Shown here: in pieces, positions 9,678 through 19,104 of the stretch
Layout of the letters: each line of letters begins with the position of its first letter
Numbering within the stretch: position 1 is the first letter of the stretch
NCBI GenBank assembly: GCA_965601925.1
Contig: OZ271854.1
Coordinates: 992,001-1,056,000, forward strand
Source of the DNA: Alkalispirochaeta sp.
GTDB taxonomy: Bacteria > Spirochaetota > Spirochaetia > DSM-27196 > Alkalispirochaetaceae
DNA length: 64,000 bases
Direction of reading: 5' to 3'
The notes under the pieces: model-generated
What the model was told of the DNA's origin: nothing
The model's database searches: none
Seen by the model: the letters and a program-made list of their open reading frames with translations, nothing else
Position numbers and translations under genes: made by a program

Positions 9678-11472
9678 AGCGGGATACCTCGGCGACGGTG
9701 ATGCGCGGTACCGCAACCTCTACCTCAGTATAGCGGTGCTCCTCGCTTAGTATCGTCACGCCGTAAGCGTCACCGAAGTGGGCACGAATCCGACGAGCGA
9801 CGTTCAACAGACCCACCGCCCCTTCACCGCGTTCCGCGGCGGTCGTTGGGAGTGATGCAGCCTCGGCGGCAAGAACGCGTCGAAGCTCCGCCAGGCGCCG
9901 ATCAGGCACGCCGACACCGTCGTCCTTCACGCGTATCCGCAAGCGTTCACCGTCGACGAAAAACTGAAGAACGATGCGTCCGCTCCCCTCTTTGGCGGCG
10001 ATACCGTGGATGAGGGCGTTTTCGACCAACGGTTGTATGAGGAACTTGACGACCAACAGATCGCGAGCGGCCGGCTCAACGTCGAAGGTGACCTCGAACT
10101 TGTTGGCGTACTTAAACTCCTGGATATAGAGATAGCTTCGTAGACAGTGCATCTCCTCCTCGACGGTGATAAAGAGAGTATCGCGCTTCACGGCCACGTG
10201 GAGCAGGCTCGACAGGGCGTCGGTCACCCTTCGAATGTTCTCCGCCCCCTTTAGGGAGGCCAGAAAATTGATCGTCGTCAGCGTGTTTTGCAGAAAGTGC
10301 GGGTTGATCTGGTTCTGGAGCACCTCGATCTCCGCGTTGCGCTTCTGTCTCTCACTCTCCTTGACCTCGACCACGAGACGCTGTATACGCCCGATCATCG
10401 CCTCAAATTGACCGAAAAGCTCCCCCACTTCGTCGCGAGAACGGATCGCCGCCGGAATGGAGAGGTCGTACTCGCCGGTGGTCTGCATGATCTTGTTCAA
10501 CGTGACGATATCACGACTGATGAACGAAGAGAGGCCGAAGGTCATGACCAGTGCGGCGAGGCAGAACAGAAGCGATATGGCAAGGGCCGTTCTGCCGGTA
10601 CGTGCAAAATCGGCCAAGAGCGTATCCTTCGGTATGAATCCGATCGTCGTCCATCGCGTGTAGTCTGAAACGAGGGTCACGACCAAATACTCCCTCCCCC
10701 GTACCGTCGCGTAGAGCGCGGACTGGGTCGAGAGAGTTTGCACCGCCGTATCGGCGACCACGCCGGCGAGGTCGTCGTCGTCGGGACGGAAAATCGTCTC
10801 GCCGGTGGTGGTGTCCGCGATGGCGATCGTACCTCCGTAGGGTAGATTGGCACTAAACGTATCCAGCAGGACGTCGCACCATATATCTCCTTTTACGAAT
10901 CCGATGGGTCGTCGCGCCTCGTACACCGGACGCACGACCGAAAGCACCATCTGCCGATAGTCGATCTCCCCCGATCGGCCGCCGGTGGGTTGATTGTAGT
11001 GGGGCGGAATAAAGATCGTCGCATTTCCGGCGGCGAGAATGTCATCGTACCAGTCCTCCGCGCGGAGTGCCTCGTGCGGCAGGACGGTGCCGTAGCCGAA
11101 CTCAACCCCGTCGAATCCGACTAACTGGAGCGCGCTGAAGTAGCGATTGAACGCTCCGGACAGCCGGAGAAATAGATCCTCCATCGTACGCATATCCGCC
11201 AAACGTTGAGAGTTGGACTCGTAGTCTTGGGCAAGCAGGGGGACGATGAGCTCGCCCTGATCCAATGCGATGAGGGAGACCACCAGACTCATCTCCTTCA
11301 GCGTCTCCTCGAGGCGCTCGTTGGATATCCGGATGATTTCGGAGACGTATTCGATCGCCGCGCGTTCGGCGTTCTGCGCGTTGGTGCGATACCAGATAAA
11401 GGCGATCGTACCGGCGAAGAGTACGAGCAGAAAAAAGACGGAAAGCGATATCTTGTTGCGGATGCTTCTCAT
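9670..11472 (-). CDS. Sensor histidine kinase, YesM type (TM-Cache-TM-HAMP-His_kinase-HATPase)
   Basis: LQNQINPHFLQNTL H-box; QPLVENALIHG; VKDDGVG; GLLNV. Confidence 0.92.
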   Translation of the reverse strand: MRSIRNKISLSVFFLLVLFAGTIAFIWYRTNAQNAERAAIEYVSEIIRISNERLEETLKEMSLVVSLIALDQGELIVPLLAQDYESNSQRLADMRTMEDLFLRLSGAFNRYFSALQLVGFDGVEFGYGTVLPHEALRAEDWYDDILAAGNATIFIPPHYNQPTGGRSGEIDYRQMVLSVVRPVYEARRPIGFVKGDIWCDVLLDTFSANLPYGGTIAIADTTTGETIFRPDDDDLAGVVADTAVQTLSTQSALYATVRGREYLVVTLVSDYTRWTTIGFIPKDTLLADFARTGRTALAISLLFCLAALVMTFGLSSFISRDIVTLNKIMQTTGEYDLSIPAAIRSRDEVGELFGQFEAMIGRIQRLVVEVKESERQKRNAEIEVLQNQINPHFLQNTLTTINFLASLKGAENIRRVTDALSSLLHVAVKRDTLFITVEEEMHCLRSYLYIQEFKYANKFEVTFDVEPAARDLLVVKFLIQPLVENALIHGIAAKEGSGRIVLQFFVDGERLRIRVKDDGVGVPDRRLAELRRVLAAEAASLPTTAAERGEGAVGLLNVARRIRAHFGDAYGVTILSEEHRYTEVEVAVPRITVAEVSRYV

Positions 11473-11610
11473 GTCACCTCGTGTTGCGATGCGACGCCGT
11501 CAGGGTACCGGAAGGGGAGAGGATTATGCAAGGAGCCGGTTCGATGTGGGCTTCCGTGACGCCCCGGACGAGGCAACGGCCCGATCCGGAGTCTCGCGCG
11601 CTACGGCGCG

Positions 11611-12165
11611 TTATCGAACGTCGAATCCCGCCATCTCGGCCAACGTGAGCACGGTGCGCCAGTTGCGCGTCGTTGCCGGAGAGCCTGCGGCACGATCCAG
11701 GACCGCAGGCGAGAGCTTCGAACGCCCGCTGCCGCCGGCGTAGTGAATCCACAACGCATCACCGACACGAGTAACGCGCTCGTCGTCGGCGGCGCGATCG
11801 AGAAGCATCTCAACCGCACCGTCGCGCGGCGGCGCCCCGCACAGAGCGAGCATCACCAGATTGGGCTCGGTACGAGATGCGCCCGGGTACGGATTCTCCG
11901 CCACATACTTCGCCCACCGGGCGGCGGTGCGAACGATGACCGATACGTCCAGTCCAAAACGGCTCCCGATCGCGCTCTCGAGTTCCCGCGCGTGGTCGTC
12001 GGGCTCTCCAACGGCTCTATACACGACATTGCCGCTTTGAATGTAGGTTCGCACCTCACGCCACCCGATGTCGGTACACAGCGCGCGCAGTTCCGCCATG
12101 GGAATTTTGTTATGCCCGCCGACGTTGATGCCCCGCAACAACGCGATACACCGGGAACGCTCCAT
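11611..12165 (-). CDS. DUF1697 family protein
   Basis: ALLRGINVGG, TYIQSGNV, TTRNWRTV motifs. Confidence 0.88.
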   Translation of the reverse strand: MERSRCIALLRGINVGGHNKIPMAELRALCTDIGWREVRTYIQSGNVVYRAVGEPDDHARELESAIGSRFGLDVSVIVRTAARWAKYVAENPYPGASRTEPNLVMLALCGAPPRDGAVEMLLDRAADDERVTRVGDALWIHYAGGSGRSKLSPAVLDRAAGSPATTRNWRTVLTLAEMAGFDVR

Positions 12166-12285
12166 CTCGGATCATGATACAAGGCGCATCACGCACGACG
12201 CAACGCCGACGAGAATGCCGAGGTCGTCGCGCTCTACCGACGGAGGGTGTCTTTTTCGCCGCCGACGCCTATTATGAGTAGTGTT

Positions 12286-12765
12286 ATGGCACATCGTATC
12301 GTAAAGATAGGCGGATTCATCGTCGGTGCGTTGTTCGTGCTCGTTGTCGGAGTGCTCGCTGCGGCGCGCCTTACGATGCCGTCGCGACAAGAAGTGGCGG
12401 TCGGCCCCGTCGCCGGCGCATTACGCACCTGCCCGGACACACCCAACTGCATATCGTCACTCGACGACCGTACCGATAGCCGCGTACCGTCGATCACCTA
12501 CTCCGGAGACGCCGCTCTCGTTATGGAGAGGGCCGGCGCCGTCCTACGCTCCTTCGGCAACGTGACGATCGTGGAGGAACGGGACGACTATATCCACGCC
12601 GAGGCGCGAAGCTCCCTGTTCGGATTCGTGGACGACGTGGAGCTCCATCTCGACGACGAGAGTTCCGTGCTGCACTTTCGATCCGCATCGCGCGCCGGAC
12701 ACTCGGACCTCGGAGTCAATCGAGAGCGGTACGAGGCCTTTCGCGAAGCGTTTTCCACGTACTGA
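12286..12765 (+). CDS. DUF1499 family protein (start uncertain, 12274 or 12286)
   Basis: N-terminal TM; CPDTPNCISS, FGFVDDVE, RSASRAGHSDLGVNRER. Confidence 0.85.
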   Translation: MAHRIVKIGGFIVGALFVLVVGVLAAARLTMPSRQEVAVGPVAGALRTCPDTPNCISSLDDRTDSRVPSITYSGDAALVMERAGAVLRSFGNVTIVEERDDYIHAEARSSLFGFVDDVELHLDDESSVLHFRSASRAGHSDLGVNRERYEAFREAFSTY

Positions 12766-12777
12766 AGGCGATGTCGC

Positions 12778-13332
12778 TTAGCGCTCCGCGTCCCACAAGC
12801 CGGGATAGGCGCGAACAAAGCCCACCTCGTCGGCTTCGAGGACTCCCGTGTAGCCGAAGCTCGGCGCCTCGTAATAGTAGGTCGTATCTCCCCGCCGTTC
12901 GTAGCGTTGAGGCAGCACCTGTAGGCTCGCGGTCTCCACATCGAACCAGGCGGCCGTCAGGTCCGCCGCGTCTCCCACCGCGAGGGACAGACGCCTCAGC
13001 GAGATGAGGTTCGTTGCCGGGGTAAATCCCAGATCGAGATCATCGCAATGGTCCAAGCCCGCCGCGATGGCGCCGTTGACGGCCCAACTGCCGATATCCA
13101 ATCGCACGATGTCGACCTTGACCGAGTCGTTCCCGATCCAGCCGCGAACGTGGCCGCGCTTGGTGCGCCAGTCGGCGTCGCATAACACGCGATAGGACAA
13201 CTGGGTAGCGTGTCCGTTGTGCCGAAACACCGCCGTACCTTCGAGCTCACGGTTGAACATGCTGCTCTTGAGGCGACACGCGTCGTGTCCCGGCGCGTCC
13301 AGTCTTCGCCATAATACCGACTCACCGGCCAT
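12778..13332 (-). CDS. Putative glycolipid-binding domain protein (DUF1089)
   Basis: WRRLD..GHD, DLDLGFTPATN, QRY, GFV..YPGLW; AGGAGG RBS. Confidence 0.82.
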   Translation of the reverse strand: MAGESVLWRRLDAPGHDACRLKSSMFNRELEGTAVFRHNGHATQLSYRVLCDADWRTKRGHVRGWIGNDSVKVDIVRLDIGSWAVNGAIAAGLDHCDDLDLGFTPATNLISLRRLSLAVGDAADLTAAWFDVETASLQVLPQRYERRGDTTYYYEAPSFGYTGVLEADEVGFVRAYPGLWDAER

Positions 13333-13437
13333 GTACTACTCCCCTCCTAAACGGATTCGACGTTCACGCATCTGGTTACCACCATACACGGAAAGCGCCG
13401 GTAATCAAACAGAGTTGCCGTAGCGGCCGAGTGCGCG

Positions 13438-13965
13438 TCACCGATCGGCGTGCACGACGAACACATCTCGCAGTACGCCGCCGGGGCGCTCGACTGTCTT
13501 CAGTTTTCGCATACCGACGGCCACGGCGACTTTGGCGGAGGCGATGTTGTCCGGATGTATCAGAGCGACCAGTCTGTCGATTGAGAAGTGGGAAAAGGCG
13601 TACGCTTTCAACGCCGTCGCGATTTCGGTGGCGTATCCATTTCGCCAAACGCGGGGATCGATGATGTAGGTCAGATCAATTTCGACGACGCCGTCGATCT
13701 CCTTGTCTACATATCCGCAATGGCCGACGGCATGTCCCGATCGCTTTTCTTCGAGCACCCACAAATCATAGGTATGTTCCGTCGGCCGCCGTGCCGTTTT
13801 CTCGAACTCAGTGTTCAATCGATCGCGATCACGAGGCCCTCCGATGAACCGGGTGACCTGCGGATTCGACCACAAATCGCACAGAAAGGCGATATCGGCA
13901 AGGGTTTGGTATCGTAGGATGAGTCTTTCGGTCTCCAGAATCGGATCGTTATGGCGGCCGTCCAT
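13438..13965 (-). CDS. GNAT N-acetyltransferase (RimJ/RimL type)
   Basis: LETERLILR, WRNGYATE, IHPDNIASAKVA..GM; AGGAGA RBS before ATG 13965. Confidence 0.88.
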   Translation of the reverse strand: MDGRHNDPILETERLILRYQTLADIAFLCDLWSNPQVTRFIGGPRDRDRLNTEFEKTARRPTEHTYDLWVLEEKRSGHAVGHCGYVDKEIDGVVEIDLTYIIDPRVWRNGYATEIATALKAYAFSHFSIDRLVALIHPDNIASAKVAVAVGMRKLKTVERPGGVLRDVFVVHADR

Positions 13966-14164
13966 ACCGAGACATCTCCTCGTCTTACGCGTCGATCGGC
14001 GATTAAGGGCCGCCCGGAAGCGACCGACGATGTCCGCCCGCATCGATCGTCGCGGTTTGCGCCCCTACACTCTTATCACACATTACGTCTCGAGGCGACC
14101 CAACGGTATGAGAACCCCGTGCGGAGTATTTGCCGAGGAAGGCCGGTAGCCAACCGTCGCGACG

Positions 14165-15103
14165 CTATCGATTCCGACCGCCGATGGGGCGCGTAAAATC
14201 TACGACCAGCGTTATGTCGGGCTCTCCCTCGAGCCAACGGTGCGAGACGTAGGTACCGGCGAGGGCTACGAGTTGTAGATTCCAGTTCCGTCGCAACGCC
14301 CTCGTATACACTGAAGCGGCGGCCAGTTTCACGTTTCTCCGGTCGGCGTCCGGTACGCCGTCGACGGTACTGTTGACTCCGACGAGCAGGCCGGGAGTCG
14401 CAGCGTAGAACACGAATGAGTTGTTTTGGATCCAGACGCCGCGCTCATTGAGCACCTCGTCTATTCCGCCTCCGCCGTCCAAGAAGAAGTCGAAATCATC
14501 GTCGTCGCTTGCAAAGGTGCGATAGTCGACCCACGTCATTTGGATGGTGTGACTCGCGACAAAACGACGCATCGCAAACTTGAAACGCGGTGCGACACGA
14601 ATGATCGTGCCGCCCTGAGTCGTGTACCGATTCGAGATGTCATCGGTCGGATCCTCGTCGTAACCGGTGAGTCTATAGTAGCCGGCGCCGTCGAGGAGCC
14701 CGTCGTACTGCACTTGATATCCGACCGACGCCGTCACGTCGAATGCGGCGATCGGCTCGAAATAGACGTAGGCCGCCACATCGTTGAACACCGGCGCCCA
14801 CCTATTCGTCAGTCCCACCTCGATGCGTGCCGGATCCCATAACGGCCCGGTCGCATCGATGATCGGACGCTGATACCATGCCCGAGCACCCAGCGCCGCA
14901 CGCGGTCCGTCGGTAATGTTGTAGAGCCCGTTTATCGAGGTCCCGAGAAAGAAGCCATCCGCCGGTTCTCGACCATCTGACTCTTGCGCGCTCCCCGGCG
15001 TCGGTACGGCGAGTATCACCACTGCGCACACGACCCATACAAACACTCGTCGCCGCACGTGAGCAACTCCGTTGTTCCGTCTCAGCACTATCGTTTCGTC
15101 CAT
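14165..15103 (-). CDS. Hypothetical exported protein, probable outer-membrane beta-barrel
   Basis: Signal-peptide-like N-terminus; many alternating amphipathic strands rich in aromatic residues. Confidence 0.6.
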   Translation of the reverse strand: MDETIVLRRNNGVAHVRRRVFVWVVCAVVILAVPTPGSAQESDGREPADGFFLGTSINGLYNITDGPRAALGARAWYQRPIIDATGPLWDPARIEVGLTNRWAPVFNDVAAYVYFEPIAAFDVTASVGYQVQYDGLLDGAGYYRLTGYDEDPTDDISNRYTTQGGTIIRVAPRFKFAMRRFVASHTIQMTWVDYRTFASDDDDFDFFLDGGGGIDEVLNERGVWIQNNSFVFYAATPGLLVGVNSTVDGVPDADRRNVKLAAASVYTRALRRNWNLQLVALAGTYVSHRWLEGEPDITLVVDFTRPIGGRNR

Positions 15104-15208
15104 ACGTACCTCTCATTGCGTGTAATACGAAAGCGGAAGACTCCTCCGAAGCGTAACGCGCAACGGAAAACATTCGTTCTTCGCGGTGAAAGGTACACAA
15201 GAGCTTCA

Positions 15209-15241
15209 ATCTTGACAATGTAAAATTTACGCCGTCAAGAT
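15209..15241. promoter_or_regulatory. Imperfect 33-bp inverted repeat, operator-like, upstream of the beta-barrel gene
   Basis: ATCTTGACaatGTAAA-A-TTTACgccGTCAAGAT. Confidence 0.5.
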
Positions 15242-15323
15242 CGACCGCACGAGTGATTGCTCAGGCGTACGCGACCACGCGGCGGAACGTCACGCCACGC
15301 CTTATAATTACTCTACGCTTCTT

Positions 15324-16145
15324 TCACGCGAACAATCGTCGATAGCTCGGTAACTCCCGCCGAACCATACACACCACAAGAGGCGTCACGGCGTATGATA
15401 CCAACGCCATAGGCGACGTTTGATCGAGAAAAATATGGAACGCCAGAACGTTCAGCAGCCCTGGGGCCAGAACTACCAGCGCGAGGGGCACGGCAACGCC
15501 ACCGAGGAGCATCACCCCGACCGACATCTCGGTGGCTCCCACGAGAAGATAGAGATACCCGGTCTCCTGCATCGCCGCGATCAACCCAGTCGTCTCTACA
15601 AGGCCAAATATCTTTGCCGCACCTGTGGTCACAAAGAGCAGGCCGACCAGGGTGCGTACGATCAGGGCTACGCTCCATCGGCCTCGTCGCGCCGCGGCGA
15701 TGATATTTAGCTGCATCGGAGTGACCACAAACGGCATGAAATGCTCACGATATCGCCATAGGAGCGCCAGGTGAACAAGCGCCATGAACGTAATCTGTAT
15801 TACCCTCGCAGGCTGCGGATCCAAAACGGCGTGGAAGAGAAAGATATTGAGGTTGACGGGGACGAAGACGACCAGAGCTAGTGGCACAAGTAGCCCACCC
15901 ACCAAAAGCAACCCAACTGATAGTTCCGTAATGAGCAGCAACGGTGTCAGATATCCCGTCTCATCCATGGCGGTTAACCAGGCCTGTGCTTCCGGGGAGA
16001 AGCGGGCGGGGATGTGTTCGGTGAGGAAAACTCTCGCGAGCACACTCAGAACGAGGAAGAGGCCAAGAGATATCCGCCCCACGGTGACCGGAATTTTCGA
16101 CCACTCCGGTCCAAAGGGGGTTGAGGTTCCATTGCGACGTGTCAT
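15324..16145 (-). CDS. DoxX-like membrane protein with internal tandem duplication
   Basis: Two repeats: AMDETGYL..ELSVGLLLVGG..VPLALVV..NIFLFH and AMQETGYL..EMSVGVMLLGG..VPLALVV..NVLAFH. Confidence 0.75.
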   Translation of the reverse strand: MTRRNGTSTPFGPEWSKIPVTVGRISLGLFLVLSVLARVFLTEHIPARFSPEAQAWLTAMDETGYLTPLLLITELSVGLLLVGGLLVPLALVVFVPVNLNIFLFHAVLDPQPARVIQITFMALVHLALLWRYREHFMPFVVTPMQLNIIAAARRGRWSVALIVRTLVGLLFVTTGAAKIFGLVETTGLIAAMQETGYLYLLVGATEMSVGVMLLGGVAVPLALVVLAPGLLNVLAFHIFLDQTSPMALVSYAVTPLVVCMVRRELPSYRRLFA

Positions 16146-16293
16146 GACCGTTCCCTTTCTAACATCAACCGAAAGAACAAACTTGCTTTGAGCGTACCGA
16201 ACCACAACGCCCGACGTCGTCGACTCCACCGGGGCGAGGCCCTATGCGATCCATAAAAACACTATCGTGTGCGGCTTTCACCTCGACGATTCT

Positions 16294-16932
16294 CTATTCT
16301 TCGCCGACCGCGGCGCGGGCCGCTTCCGCGAACCGCTGAAGCCCGCCGGCTATGTAGGCTTCGATCTCGTCCATGTTGCTGCGTACGACCTGCCGAGTGA
16401 TGAAACTCCTCGGCAGCACGTTGTAGGTCCACTCGAACCGCGTACCGGACTCGCCCGGGACGAAGCGCTGTTCACCGACGATCTGTTCAACGCCACGCCC
16501 CGTCTCGTTGGTGAAGACGAATACCTGGTATTTGAAAAACTCCGGTTCGTTCTCGATCACCCGCTCAATCACGTAATGGCCGTCGGCGAGTCGCAGCCGG
16601 CGCGCGGCACCAGGCTCCGGCCACGTCCCTTCCAGCACCTCCGCGGCGACCGGGTTTGCGATGCTCTCCGTGGGTCGGAGAAAGTAGATCAGCGGTCGCT
16701 CGACCATGAACGCCCGTAGCTCGTCGAGGTCCATCGGGATCGTCTCTTCTACGTACGCCGTCAAAAAACCGGAGCGCGCGACCTCCGGAGGCGCGCTCAT
16801 CTCGGGCGGTTCGGTGGGTGCTTCGAGCGTGCGGCACGCACTGAGCAAACCTACAGTGGAAAGGACAAGAGTGCCCCCTAAAGAGAGAGTCATAAGAAGT
16901 CCCCTCTTATTCCGATGGATTGAAATCTTCAT
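16294..16932 (-). CDS. Exported or lipoprotein SRPBCC-like protein
   Basis: Hydrophobic segment ending LLSAC (lipobox-like); WPEPGAARRL.LADG...E, GTRFEWTY pattern of SRPBCC folds; divergent from MerR. Confidence 0.6.
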   Translation of the reverse strand: MKISIHRNKRGLLMTLSLGGTLVLSTVGLLSACRTLEAPTEPPEMSAPPEVARSGFLTAYVEETIPMDLDELRAFMVERPLIYFLRPTESIANPVAAEVLEGTWPEPGAARRLRLADGHYVIERVIENEPEFFKYQVFVFTNETGRGVEQIVGEQRFVPGESGTRFEWTYNVLPRSFITRQVVRSNMDEIEAYIAGGLQRFAEAARAAVGEE

Positions 16933-16938
16933 GACGGG

Positions 16939-16970
16939 AAGGTAAGGTATGAACCGTGGTGCAAGGTCAA
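16939..16970 (-). promoter_or_regulatory. MerR-type promoter: TTGACC-20 bp-TACCTT with a dyad in the spacer
   Basis: Spacer contains TGCACC-AC-GGTTCA; long spacer is typical of MerR-activated promoters. Confidence 0.7.
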
Positions 16971-16990
16971 CCGGTATGTGCCGATCGCCC

Positions 16991-17356
16991 ATGTATATCC
17001 AGGAATTTGCAGAAACAGTAGAGCTTCCGGTAAGTACCATCCGCTTCTATGAGCGCAAGCGGCTCCTTACGGAAGAACACTTCTCTCGCCACGACAACAA
17101 CTATCGCGTCTACAATGAGTGGGCAATCGAACGTGTCAGACTCATACGAGGCGCACAGCAAGCGGGATTTACGATTCGAGAAATCCTCAACTACGTCAGT
17201 GATTGGGAACTGAACGTCTTTACCCACGAGCAAAAGCGAGCGTTCTTTCTGGATAAATTAACGGAGATAGAAGTTCGTATCCAAGGCCTTGTGCGCATGC
17301 GCGAATATATCAATGCTAAAATAGATAACTTGAAAGCCCACGACGAACGTTCGTAA
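16991..17356 (+). CDS. MerR family transcriptional regulator
   Basis: IQEFAETVELPVSTIRFYERKRLL..NNYRVY..IRGAQQAGFTIREI. Confidence 0.9.
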   Translation: MYIQEFAETVELPVSTIRFYERKRLLTEEHFSRHDNNYRVYNEWAIERVRLIRGAQQAGFTIREILNYVSDWELNVFTHEQKRAFFLDKLTEIEVRIQGLVRMREYINAKIDNLKAHDERS

Positions 17357-17439
17357 ATACCGGTGACGGTTGGCGGCATTCCACTAAAAACGGAAGTATT
17401 CGCTATATGCTTTCCATATATACGAAAAATTTTACGCTG

Positions 17440-17468
17440 TTGACCGCTCATGATAACAGGGATACCAT
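17440..17468 (+). promoter_or_regulatory. Sigma70-type promoter TTGACC-17-TACCAT
   Basis: Consensus-like hexamers with 17-bp spacer, preceded by AT-rich DNA. Confidence 0.55.
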
Positions 17469-17508
17469 CCTATGATAGAATTCTGTTCCTATACGGAGGG
17501 CAACGGTT

Positions 17509-18051
17509 GTGACGCTCAAACGAATGGTATCCTTTGCGGCGATGTTACTCGTCGCGACACTCTGCTCGGCGGGGGATTGGGGAATCGGGGTCGGCGCGGC
17601 ATATCAAAACGTCGATGACTTTGAAGACGGCGGAGCGGCAATCGTGGTTCAAGGAACGAGGAGTCTGGGATTCCTCCTGAAAAATCTTGCCGTAGAGGCT
17701 GAAGTGACGGGAACGCTCTCCTCGCCCGAGGAAGAGTTGTTTAACTCCTCCAATGTATCGGTCGGTTTTGCCGAGTATACCGGAATCTCCGGCGGCGCAT
17801 ACGCCGCCTACTCGCTCCCGCTCATCGCCGGCCTGTTTGTGAAAGCTCGGGTGGGCGCAACGGTACTGTACGCCGAAGCGGAGAGCTGCGTCGTCGGGGT
17901 TTGCGAGACCGACGATGATACTACGTTCAACGTAAGTTACGGTGCCGCGTTGGGGTACCGATTGAACCGTTGGTTGTCGATCATGGCGGACTGGACGCAA
18001 ATCGAACCCGATGTGTTCCACGTAGGTGTGCTTGGGAAGGTCGAGTTGTAG
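17509..18051 (+). CDS. Small outer-membrane beta-barrel protein (OmpA/PagP-like 8-stranded class)
   Basis: Signal peptide; LAVEAE, FVKARVGA, SYGAALGYRLN strands; GGAGGG RBS. Confidence 0.75.
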   Translation: MTLKRMVSFAAMLLVATLCSAGDWGIGVGAAYQNVDDFEDGGAAIVVQGTRSLGFLLKNLAVEAEVTGTLSSPEEELFNSSNVSVGFAEYTGISGGAYAAYSLPLIAGLFVKARVGATVLYAEAESCVVGVCETDDDTTFNVSYGAALGYRLNRWLSIMADWTQIEPDVFHVGVLGKVEL

Positions 18052-18431
18052 TGTCGCGAGGCGGGCAGGTCCGCCGCCCGCTCGCATGACCGACACAAAG
18101 CCGAGATTCTCAGCCGTACGAGTCGATACCGCGTCGAGTCAAGTCCGTCATACGGTGAAAGACGTCATCATAGTCGATATGAACGACGCCCACCTGTGCG
18201 CGTATGTCGGTGCGATGGACACGTAGCGGTCGAATTGCGACGCGCAACTACTGATCGCGCATCCCCGTTGTGAGTCTTACCGGCTCGCCGTTCGTCACCG
18301 CACGTTCGGCTCCATTGCAAACGTTCCACAGTTTCATCATGCGTAATACGGCGGGAGGAGCGCTATGGCACGAAGCGAGCATGGTCTCATAGGAGCACAA
18401 CGAAGCAATACCCGGGAGTGACCGCGCTCCG

Positions 18432-18908
18432 TTAGAGCCGTCCACTCCGAAACGGGGTGACGCCGGGAAACCAACGCGACACATTTTTCTTGTATTGCGC
18501 CCAATCTTCGCCGAAACGCTTGGCAAGCCACGGTTCTTCGTGGAACGCGACGCGTAGATGGAAACCCACCGCCAGTAATATGCAGTATAAGGCGACAAGC
18601 GGGGACGCGAAGGCACCGGCAAAACCGGCAACGACGAGCACCACGGCCAGGTACATTGGATTTCGCACGTGACGATATAACCCGACAATAACGAGATGCT
18701 CGGGAGGAGCCCACGGCGCGAGCGTTCCTTTTCCCGATGCATAAAAATCCCGAATACACCACCCCAATGTTCCCATGCCGATACACACGGCGATAGAACC
18801 AAGGTAAGAACCCGCGCCACGCAACGGATCGGCGACCCCTATCGAAATCGGCACCAAGATACCGAACACACCGGGAAGAACACAGAACGCAACGATCGCC
18901 TTAAGCAT
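18432..18908 (-). CDS. Isoprenylcysteine carboxylmethyltransferase/PEMT family membrane protein
   Basis: GKGTLAPWAPP.HLVIVGLYRHVRNPMY; EEPWL..RFGEDW..Y..NVSRWFP. Confidence 0.88.
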   Translation of the reverse strand: MLKAIVAFCVLPGVFGILVPISIGVADPLRGAGSYLGSIAVCIGMGTLGWCIRDFYASGKGTLAPWAPPEHLVIVGLYRHVRNPMYLAVVLVVAGFAGAFASPLVALYCILLAVGFHLRVAFHEEPWLAKRFGEDWAQYKKNVSRWFPGVTPFRSGRL

Positions 18909-19104
18909 ACACTCCCGCCTTTAGCGCCGCGTCGAACGGCTGCATTTTTTCCTCACAGTACGCCAAAACATCTTAGTGTCCAGCGGTTTGCTACGGCTGA
19001 CGGCTACACGTCGCGTTGCGCACCACCTCTTCGGGAATACTACTCCGACTCCGGATAGACTCATCGTTCCTCCAAAATGGATCGTCTCCAAGTACAAACG
19101 GCGA

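Noticed and set aside
18960..19000. GCAAACC downstream of the GGDEF-EAL gene as a c-di-GMP-I riboswitch
   Set aside because: Following GAAA tetraloop and GACGCAAAGC elements are absent
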